From positions 1-17,424 of the forward strand of contig JBBQPO010000121.1 in the NCBI GenBank assembly GCA_038217285.1: DNA of 17,424 bases, read 5' to 3'. Below are positions 1-7,010 of the stretch, piece after piece. Numbering within the stretch: position 1 is the stretch's first letter; each line of letters opens with the position of its first letter. This DNA is from Chthonomonadales bacterium. GTDB taxonomy: Bacteria; Armatimonadota; Chthonomonadetes; Chthonomonadales; Chthonomonadaceae. The notes beneath the pieces were generated by a model, which was given only the letters and a program-made list of their open reading frames with translations, ran no database searches and was not told the origin of the DNA. The translations under genes and the position numbers were made by a program.

Positions 1-125
1 ACCGACGTAGAACAGAAGAGAGGCTACCCTATCTCCACCGAACATAAAGTACACGGAAGAAACGGTCTGTTCCCTCTCAGGCTTACCATTCACCATAAAT
101 CCCTAAAATCCTTTGAGGAGTCAAT

Positions 126-1343
126 GTGAACGCAAAAGAGACGCAGAAGGCGGATCCATCGAAACGATCCCGCCGGGGCAAACGGATTTTCAGTGGGCTC
201 GTCATCGCCATGGTTTGTGTTTGGGGAGTTGCGTTGACAGTATTGAGACATGATACCATGGTCGATCATGCTACCCTGGTGACACCATGGCGATCACATC
301 CGAACGCGCCCGCGAAATCTCTCCCGGAGTGGGACGACTATGTCCTCGACCATCACTGGACGGCGGACGGCGCCCTGCTGCGGGTTCCCTTCACCATTCC
401 CGACCCGTTTCGAGGCAGTCAGGCGACCACCACAACGCTCGAAAAGCTCGATCCGACGTCAGGCAGCATTCTTTCGACAAAGGCGGTCTCTCTCCACAGC
501 GTCCAGCGAAGCACACTCAACGAGCCCTCGCTCTCTCCGGACAGCAAGTGGCTGTTGATGGAGGACGCCGGAGACATCGCGGTCGTCAACACAGACACGG
601 GAGCCGTTCGGTCGCTGCCACGAGGTGGCTTCGGCAAAGACTGCCCTGTGATCCTGGCTATGCTAAAACAGGGTCAGATCATGACGACGGAAACATCGCT
701 GCCGGGAGTCAAGGGAAAGTTTAGAATGATGCATCCGCCGTATCTGTCGCTGGCGGATCGGGTCGCCTGGGCACGAGACAGTCGGAGCTTTTTTGAGATG
801 AAGCAGAGCAAAACCGCGCCCTATTTTCTACAGCAACGCACACTGGACGACAGAATCGTTCTGGACTTCCCCCTGAAAGGGGTTGCAGGCAACACCGGAA
901 CGCCTCAAATGCTGGGTCAAACTCGCACCGGAGAGATACTACTGATCGACCGAGCCTCGAACTATGTCAGCACTCTCCTCTTTGTCGATCCAAAGACCGG
1001 GCAGATACGCATGGTTCCAATCAAAGAGCTGCCTCAGGGGCTGCTGATCAAGCAGGTCGAATTGAGCCCGGACGGCGCCCGACTGCTCTGGAAGACGGTG
1101 AATGTGAATCCTTCTCCTGTAGAAGCCCTCTCGCTGGCAGCCAGCCAGTTGGCGAAGAATCCTCTCCGATTCCAGGTTTCGATCAAGGTTTCCGACATTG
1201 AGGGAGCGCACATCCACGATATCGCCGGCGAGAGGATGAGCGCGACCGAGGAGGACCGTTTCCAGACCGTCCACTGGCTTCCGGACAGCAAGCGTGTCAG
1301 CTTCTGGTACAAAGCCTCTCTCTACACGCTTCCTGCTCCTTGA
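126..1343 (+). CDS. Membrane-anchored hypothetical protein with TolB/PD40(WD40)-like beta-propeller repeats
   Basis: 405-aa ORF with a GTG start preceded by GAGGAG (115-120). It has a basic N-terminus, one hydrophobic helix (IFSGLVIAMVCVWGVALTVL) and blade-like motifs WTADG, SLSPDSKWLL, VAWARDS, LSPDGARLLW and VHWLPDSKRVSF. Confidence 0.75.
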   Translation: MNAKETQKADPSKRSRRGKRIFSGLVIAMVCVWGVALTVLRHDTMVDHATLVTPWRSHPNAPAKSLPEWDDYVLDHHWTADGALLRVPFTIPDPFRGSQATTTTLEKLDPTSGSILSTKAVSLHSVQRSTLNEPSLSPDSKWLLMEDAGDIAVVNTDTGAVRSLPRGGFGKDCPVILAMLKQGQIMTTETSLPGVKGKFRMMHPPYLSLADRVAWARDSRSFFEMKQSKTAPYFLQQRTLDDRIVLDFPLKGVAGNTGTPQMLGQTRTGEILLIDRASNYVSTLLFVDPKTGQIRMVPIKELPQGLLIKQVELSPDGARLLWKTVNVNPSPVEALSLAASQLAKNPLRFQVSIKVSDIEGAHIHDIAGERMSATEEDRFQTVHWLPDSKRVSFWYKASLYTLPAP

Positions 1344-1385
1344 TCGGTGTGCAGGAGACAGAGTACAATTGCCAATGCACAATGA

Positions 1386-1418
1386 AGTCGAGCCGAGAAA
1401 TAGTTTCTCGGCTCGACT
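1386..1418. terminator. Perfect 15-bp hairpin between convergent genes; probable bidirectional terminator or 3' stabiliser
   Basis: AGTCGAGCCGAGAAA-TAG-TTTCTCGGCTCGACT lies between the stops at 1343 (+) and 1436 (-). There is no clear U-tract on +, and only TTCATT on -. Confidence 0.6.
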
Positions 1419-1435
1419 GGGGGCGGCGCGCGATT

Positions 1436-4400
1436 TTAGCGTTTGGTCTGACGGAGGAGCTCCTGGACAGCGGTTTCGAGTTGTCGGTCGCGGTTGCGGG
1501 CGATGTCTTCGGGACTGTTCTCCACGTAGAAGTCGGGCGGGCAGCCGTTGTGCTCCTGGTCGATGCCGGAGAGGGTGAACGCGCCGACGCTGGGCAGGCG
1601 CAGGGTCGTGCCGTCGAGAAGGGTCGTCGCGCCCGTGCCGATGACGCCGCCGTTGGTGGGAACCCCGACGATCTTGCCGAGGTGCAGCTCTTTGATGCCC
1701 CAGGGAAAGATCTCGGCGTTGCTGAAGGAGAGCTCGTTGATCAGCACGATGGTCGGCTTGTTCCATACATGCATGGGAGAGGTCGTGCGGGCGGTATCGT
1801 TGCGCAGTGTGCGATAGCCGAACACTTTGGTCTCCAGCACCTCCAGGATCTCGCCCGCCGTTCTGCCGCCGCCGTTGAAGCGCACGTCGAGCACGAGCCC
1901 ATCTTTCGCCTGCATATCGCCGTAGACCAGCCGCTTGAACTTCTCCAGGTTCTCGTCGTTCATCGCGCTCAGGTGGATATAGCCGAGTTTGTTGCCCGAG
2001 AACTGGTCGGTCATCTTCTCGCGCTCACTCACCCAGCGGTCGTAGTCGAGCAGCTTGTAGGCTGCACTAGTGATAGGGCGAATCCGCACCGCGCGCCCCC
2101 CCTCCTCCTTCGGCGCGGCGTTGACCGTCAGCACGACGCTCCTGCCCACCTTGTCTGCCAGCAGATGATAAAACTGCTCTGTCGTCTTGACCGTCTCGCC
2201 ATCGACCTTGAGCAGCAGGTCGCCCGGTTTGAGGCGGCTGCGCTCCTTATCGGCGGGGCCTTTGGGCACGACGGTGGCGACTTTGACGCCGGGGCCAGCG
2301 TAGCTGTCATCGAGCGCGATGCCGAGCGACGGGGTCACCGGGCCGTTCTTTTCCGGTACGCCGAATATGCCGACATGGGACGAGTTCAGCTCGCCCAGCG
2401 CCAGGTTGAACAGCGCCAGGAAATCCTCTTTGTAGGTGATGTCATCAAGGATCGGGCGATAGGTTTCGCGCACCCGGTTCCAGTTGGAGCCGTGCAGTTT
2501 GTCGTCGTAGTAGGCGTCGCGCATCTTGCGCCACGCCTCGTCGAACATCTCCGTCAGCTCGGCATGGGTATCGATGTCCATTTTGGCGATAAAGCTGACC
2601 GGCGTCGGGGCGGGCGCAGGGGCGTTGATCGGCAGAGTATGGATGAGGCCGCCCGTGACATAGACCACGCGCTGCCCGTCGGGCGTGAAGGTAATGTTGT
2701 CGCCGGTCTCGCCGGTCTGGGTCAGACGTGTCGGCTGGCCGCCCGCCGTGTCGATGCGCCACAGGTCGGTGCGCCCGAGCTGGCTCATGGCGAAGACCAG
2801 CGTCTTGGCGTCCGGCGAGAGTGCGAAGTTGGTGACAGAGCTCTCGACATGAGTGATCTGACGTGCGCGTTTCTGGATGTCCTCGAAATCTATTTTGACC
2901 GTGACGGGCTTCTTCGCGCCGGGTTTAGGCTCGGTAGGCTTCGGCTCCGCTGCGGCATCATCGCCCTCATCGGGGGTCGTCGGGGCAGGATCGGCGAGGA
3001 GGCTGACGCTCCAGAGGTTCTCGTTCCGAGTGCGATTGGAGCGGAAGAACAGCTTCTTGCCATCTGCCGACCAGACCGGGCCGGTATTCTCCATTGGGTA
3101 GCGGGTCACATTGATCGGCTTGCTGCTCGCCGCGCCGACAATGAAGATATCCGCCATGCTGCCGGCGGAGTGCGCCTTCAAGCGGCTGTAGGCGAGCCAC
3201 TGGGAGTCCGGCGACCAGGTCACATCGTTGATGTCGGGGTCGTGCGCCAGGACGCGCTCCGCGCCGCCCTGCACCGGCATGACGCAGAGCTCACCGCCAT
3301 CGTAGCCGCGCCGGAACGCGATACTCTTGCCGTCCGGCGAGAAGAGAGGCGAGTTCTCGTCGCCGGGCGCCTTCGTCAATTGCGTCGTCTGCTTCGTCTT
3401 CACATCCAGCAGGTAGATATTATTGTTGCCGTCACGGTCGGAGGTGAAGACGAGGTTCTTCCCGTCCGGTGACCAGACGACGTTCGCCTCGCGCTGCGGG
3501 GTCTCGGTCAACCTTCGCGCCTCGGAGGGCAGGCGCGGCTGCGGCTCATCGGGAGCCTGATCGCTGCCGGAAGCCGGGGCGGTTCCGGCAGTGCGGGCCA
3601 CTCCCCCGCCTATCGGCTGCACGAAGACCTCGCCATGCACTACGAATGCAAGCGACTTCCCGTCCGGCGAGAGCGCGATCTCTTGAGCGCCTCCGGTAAG
3701 CGTCTCATGCCGCACGGGATTGGTGCGATCGTCGGTAGGGGCGTAGATCTTCAGCTCGCGCGGCGTACCTCCGACCCTGTCCAGCTCCCAGAGCCCGAAA
3801 TCGTGCTCGAAGACGACGCGGCCTGTCTTCGTCGCCAGCGTCGGATAGAACAGATTGCCCTCCGTGAAATGTGTGACGGGCGTCGCTTTACTCTCGATGG
3901 CCAGCCCGCGCCGCCACAGGTTCGCCACGCCGTCGCGATCCGAGACGAACAGGAAGCTTTTGCCATCCGGCGCGAACAGGCTCCAGCGCTGATTCGTCTC
4001 TTTCTCGCGCGTGAGCCACTGCCCCGCACTACCACCGCCCGCGAAGGGAAACAACATCAGATTGGCGTTGCCGCTGCCCCGATAGCCCTTTCGCGGCCAC
4101 TGCCCGCCCCGTGTGCAGGCGATAAACTTGCCGTCGGGTGTGGCGGCGGCGTTGCCGAGCAGCGAGTCGTCTTTGGCGATCAGCCGGGTCGCGCCGGTTT
4201 CAACACTCACCGCGTAGACGGCCGGATAGCGGGTCGTCTCGCGGGCAGAGGTGAAGAGCACATATTTACCGTCTGGCGTCCAGCCTGTCACCAAGTCATC
4301 CGCGCTGTGCATGGTCAGTTGGCGGGCCTTGCCACCCAGGGCGGGCATGACCCAGACATCATAGTTGCCTTCCCGCTTCGAGGAGAACGCGATCCATCGG

Positions 4401-4672
4401 CCATCCGGCGACCAGGCGGGCGCATAGTCGTGCGCCTCGTGAATGGTGAGCCGGGTCGCGGTGCCCCCGCTTGCGTCCACGGTCCAGATGTCGCCGAGGT
4501 AGGAGAAGGCGAGCCGCGAGCCGTCGGGCGCAAGCGCGGGCTGCCGCGCGAAGTGGATCGGGCGCAAATCTTCCTGCTGGGCTCCGCTCGGAAGCGCGCA
4601 GGCCAGGAGAGCAAAGATCGGAAGGATAAGGAAGAGAGGGAAGGCAAAAGCCAGGACGCTATATTTCCGCAT
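1436..4672 (-). CDS. Tricorn-protease-like S41 family peptidase (PD40 propellers, Tricorn C1, PDZ, S41 catalytic domain), exported
   Basis: 1078 aa with a signal peptide and many W/FSPDG repeats. Also EMFDEAWR (C1), GELNSSH (catalytic His region), the PDZ segment LGIAL...GPAD...LKPGD, LGYIHL, LVLDVRFNGGG and INELSFSNAEIF (nucleophile Ser). The RBS AAGGAG precedes the ATG. Confidence 0.93.
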   Translation of the reverse strand: MRKYSVLAFAFPLFLILPIFALLACALPSGAQQEDLRPIHFARQPALAPDGSRLAFSYLGDIWTVDASGGTATRLTIHEAHDYAPAWSPDGRWIAFSSKREGNYDVWVMPALGGKARQLTMHSADDLVTGWTPDGKYVLFTSARETTRYPAVYAVSVETGATRLIAKDDSLLGNAAATPDGKFIACTRGGQWPRKGYRGSGNANLMLFPFAGGGSAGQWLTREKETNQRWSLFAPDGKSFLFVSDRDGVANLWRRGLAIESKATPVTHFTEGNLFYPTLATKTGRVVFEHDFGLWELDRVGGTPRELKIYAPTDDRTNPVRHETLTGGAQEIALSPDGKSLAFVVHGEVFVQPIGGGVARTAGTAPASGSDQAPDEPQPRLPSEARRLTETPQREANVVWSPDGKNLVFTSDRDGNNNIYLLDVKTKQTTQLTKAPGDENSPLFSPDGKSIAFRRGYDGGELCVMPVQGGAERVLAHDPDINDVTWSPDSQWLAYSRLKAHSAGSMADIFIVGAASSKPINVTRYPMENTGPVWSADGKKLFFRSNRTRNENLWSVSLLADPAPTTPDEGDDAAAEPKPTEPKPGAKKPVTVKIDFEDIQKRARQITHVESSVTNFALSPDAKTLVFAMSQLGRTDLWRIDTAGGQPTRLTQTGETGDNITFTPDGQRVVYVTGGLIHTLPINAPAPAPTPVSFIAKMDIDTHAELTEMFDEAWRKMRDAYYDDKLHGSNWNRVRETYRPILDDITYKEDFLALFNLALGELNSSHVGIFGVPEKNGPVTPSLGIALDDSYAGPGVKVATVVPKGPADKERSRLKPGDLLLKVDGETVKTTEQFYHLLADKVGRSVVLTVNAAPKEEGGRAVRIRPITSAAYKLLDYDRWVSEREKMTDQFSGNKLGYIHLSAMNDENLEKFKRLVYGDMQAKDGLVLDVRFNGGGRTAGEILEVLETKVFGYRTLRNDTARTTSPMHVWNKPTIVLINELSFSNAEIFPWGIKELHLGKIVGVPTNGGVIGTGATTLLDGTTLRLPSVGAFTLSGIDQEHNGCPPDFYVENSPEDIARNRDRQLETAVQELLRQTKR

Positions 4673-4750
4673 GGTGCTCCTTCTGGGTTTCGTTCTCTAT
4701 ACGGGTCTGCGGCAGACCGATGCCGGTAAACCAACGCAGCGCGTCCGTCT

Positions 4751-5239
4751 CTATTCGGTGGGAGAGGCAGACGTGTCCGGTTCATCATCGCTCAGACCGA
4801 GGCTTCTGAGAAGAGCCCGCCGCGGCCCTAACTGGTGCGCGGTTCGAAGGCACCGGCAGTTCGCGCATCGCACCTCGCACTTTTCTAATTCCGGTCGCAG
4901 CGCCGTCCAGGTAGCGCCCTCTGTAAGGCGCTCTCTCAGAGAGAATCCCGTCTCGCCCTGCCTGTCCTCAATAGAGAGTACCAGAGGATTGGCCGCACCG
5001 CAATCGACACAGGGATGCGCCTTCAGATAGGCCGTCAGGCGACGGACGATCTCATCGGAAAGGACTTTTCGGCGTTTCTGCACATTGCCGTAGTGTCGTT
5101 CTTTGTTTCGCTCGTACCAGTCGCGGTGAATCAACTTGATGCAGGCGCGGCACTGCACCTGTAGCCCGTCGGGCCGCGTCCGATTCTTACCGAACTCTAC
5201 TTCATCTTTGTCCTGGCTGCAGCGTGGGCAGTGTTTCAT
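4751..5239 (-). CDS. HNH-fold zinc-binding protein (phage-type), apparently catalytically degenerate
   Basis: N-terminal CPRC...F...DGL...CRAC zinc ribbon and a basic helix, followed by PCVDCG...KCEVRCANC, typical of small phage-type HNH proteins. The positions of the canonical DH and CANCH histidines read ED and CANCR. Confidence 0.75.
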   Translation of the reverse strand: MKHCPRCSQDKDEVEFGKNRTRPDGLQVQCRACIKLIHRDWYERNKERHYGNVQKRRKVLSDEIVRRLTAYLKAHPCVDCGAANPLVLSIEDRQGETGFSLRERLTEGATWTALRPELEKCEVRCANCRCLRTAHQLGPRRALLRSLGLSDDEPDTSASPTE

Positions 5240-5256
5240 GGCAAACCCTGACCGGA

Positions 5257-5262
5257 ATTATA
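5257..5262 (-). promoter_or_regulatory. Candidate sigma70 -10 box for the HNH-like gene
   Basis: Perfect TATAAT on the - strand, 17 nt upstream of ATG 5239, in GC-rich DNA. The -35 position falls inside the IS end. Confidence 0.4.
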
Positions 5263-5272
5263 CCTCTTCCAG

Positions 5273-6094
5273 GTAACTGTTCAGACTTGCGAGAGTGATT
5301 TCACGCAGCCTGTGGCTCGGAGGTTCGCTGGCTGCCGATGAGCATCTGCCGACAGGCCACCAGAGCATCCTCGCCTCGCGCCTGCCATGTCCCGATATAG
5401 CCTTCGCCCAGCACCTCTTTCGGAACCGTGTGCGCTCGGCTCTTGGCGTAGACAAAGTAGCGCAACAGGGGCGTAGAGAAACTCCAGACATACCCGTTCA
5501 GGCCGTTCTCGCGCCAACCCGTCTCGTCAGCATGCACGAAATCACTCGCCCGCAGCTTCCTTTTGAGATCAGAATAGGTTGCCTGGCCCGCCTTGGCTAC
5601 TGTGTGCAACAGAGAGACGATCTGCCCATCGCTTATGGACAGCTTCAGAAGACACGAGAACAAACGGGAGATGATGCGCACCGGCAGGCGTCCGACGGTG
5701 TCCAGATAGGCCACCAGGCTGCTCACCCCATGACCGAAAGTCTGCCCTCCGACGACGACCTCTGTGAGATCGGGAGTGGGAGTGAATCCTTGGGCGCGCG
5801 GTTTACGAGGAGTAGGCGAGCCGACGACCTGGGGCTTATTGAGTTTGAGCCAGTCGGGCTTGAGGTCGGGGTCGCCTTTGCCGCCGGATCCTCCGTTTTT
5901 GAGGCGAAGGATTTCGGCTTCGAGTTGGGTAATGCGGACGTCGGCCAACTCGAGGGCGGTGGCTTGCTCTGCCAGAACGCCCTGCTGTTGGACCACGAGG
6001 GTGGCCAGTTCGTCATAAGTTGGAGTGGCAGACTTGCTCATAAGCAGGATTACGAACCAACGGACATAAAATACTCACCGATCTGAACAATATC
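5273..6094 (-). mobile_element. IS66-family (single-ORF, ISBst12-like) internally deleted remnant, ~820 bp
   Basis: IS66-type terminus GTAACTGTTCAG at 5273-5284, with a degraded inverted partner CTGAACAATATC at 6083-6094 (9/12 match). These enclose a TnpC-like ORF. No 8-bp target duplication is seen (TCTTCCAG vs AACATCAA). Confidence 0.75.
5301..6041 (-). pseudogene. tnpC: IS66 transposase TnpC, internally deleted (246 aa)
   Basis: N-terminal coiled coil, LSISDGQI helix-turn region, first DDE motif VHADETGWR..G...YVW, SRA..VP.EVLG and a C-terminal TWQARG...AC. The Cys4 zinc finger and the second D and E catalytic segments are absent. Confidence 0.85.
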
Positions 6095-6207
6095 AACATC
6101 AAGACCAAACCAGACGGGGGACGGACGCTACCGGTTGCTTGTCCCCGTGGCGCTACCAGGCTTCATCAACACCTTTTGAATGTCCAGTACTTTATTGAGG
6201 GTCGCCT

Positions 6208-6253
6208 TAGAAAGCGAGCCACACTGTCGATAACGACAATACGGCTCGCTTTT
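6208..6253 (-). terminator. Intrinsic terminator downstream of the LTxxQ gene
   Basis: The - strand reads AAAGCGAGCC-GTAT-TGTCG-TTAT-CGACA-GTGT-GGCTCGCTTT-CTA. The inner GUAU/GUGU segment pairs only on the - strand RNA (via G-U), matching the direction of the upstream gene. The U-tail is short. Confidence 0.7.
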
Positions 6254-6286
6254 GTGATACAGATTTTGAGTGTCCTCTTCGGAACG

Positions 6287-6913
6287 TCATAGGTTGGCCT
6301 TCTTTTTGCCGGCTCTCGGCGCATGGAACTTGCTGACGGTCTCTTTCTGGTAGGCGGTCAGGATGGTGTCGACCTGCGTTTTGAAGTCGGCCAGGATCTC
6401 CGGATTTTTGGTCTTTCGATCTTCCTTCGCAACGGCCTTCATCTTCTCCTGAGTGGCCATCGCGGCTGTCTTGATCTTGACCATCTGGTCTGCCGTCAGC
6501 TTCACATCCCCGAGCGCTCCGGCGGGTACCGCCTTGCTCTGGTTGAGCAGCATCACCACAGGAAGCTTTTCGGCCAGGGTCTTCTGTTGATCGGGCGTCA
6601 GAACCGCTTTGATGTCCTCATTGGCGGCGGTCGTCAACTCACGCGTTTTCGCTCTGTCTCCGGCCGAGGCTGCTACATCGGTCTTCAGTTTGCCCTGGAC
6701 GGCTGTGATCTTCGTCTTCTGATCCTCTGTCAGCTTCACCAGGGTGTCGATAGCGCTGACAGGAAGGCCCGCCATACCGCCGCGCCGTCCCTGACCGCCC
6801 TTCGGGGCTGCGGCGGCTCCGGGGGTCGCCACGGGCGTCGTCTGCGCCAGGATCGGCGCGCTCATTACCAGCAGGGCGCTCACCGCGAGCGCCGCACGAT
6901 TCCAACAGTTCAT
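6287..6913 (-). CDS. Secreted LTxxQ-motif (Spy/CpxP-like) helical protein, 208 aa
   Basis: ATG at 6913 (MNCWNR...) follows GAAGGAG, so the start was moved from the ORF track's 6949. It has a signal peptide ending ILA-Q, a Gly/Ala linker and four motifs LTEDQ, LTPDQ, LTADQ and LTAYQ. Confidence 0.75.
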   Translation of the reverse strand: MNCWNRAALAVSALLVMSAPILAQTTPVATPGAAAAPKGGQGRRGGMAGLPVSAIDTLVKLTEDQKTKITAVQGKLKTDVAASAGDRAKTRELTTAANEDIKAVLTPDQQKTLAEKLPVVMLLNQSKAVPAGALGDVKLTADQMVKIKTAAMATQEKMKAVAKEDRKTKNPEILADFKTQVDTILTAYQKETVSKFHAPRAGKKKANL

Positions 6914-6982
6914 CCTTGTCTCCTTCAGATACGAAATGGGCCACAGCATGTAAGGCCCTCGTGGTTGTTATTGCCATTTTCG

Positions 6983-7010
6983 TAGACGGAGATCGCTGCG
7001 GTTTGTTCAG
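6983..7010 (-). promoter_or_regulatory. Candidate ECF-sigma promoter for the LTxxQ gene
   Basis: The - strand reads CTGAAC-N16-CGTCTA, matching the general ECF pattern AAC-N16/17-CGT(C). It lies ~70 nt upstream of the ATG and directly after the KGSADH stop. Confidence 0.45.

Noticed and set aside
4590-4672. Lipoprotein signal (LLAC, Cys25) on the tricorn-like protease
   Set aside because: The lipobox is imperfect and a signal peptidase I site (SGA-QQ) follows; this cannot be decided without SignalP.
1340-4729. Long + strand ORFs 1340-3472 (710 aa) and 3635-4729 (364 aa)
   Set aside because: They are antisense shadows of the tricorn gene, expected from high-GC codon bias, and contain no recognisable motifs.
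4751-6094. Prophage or defence island around the HNH and IS genes
   Set aside because: No integrase, phage structural, methylase or other defence genes are present in the window.
6113-6170. Weak GGGGAC/GTCCCC hairpin and a CGCTACC direct repeat beside the IS end
   Set aside because: Short and imperfect; compatible with chance in GC-rich DNA.
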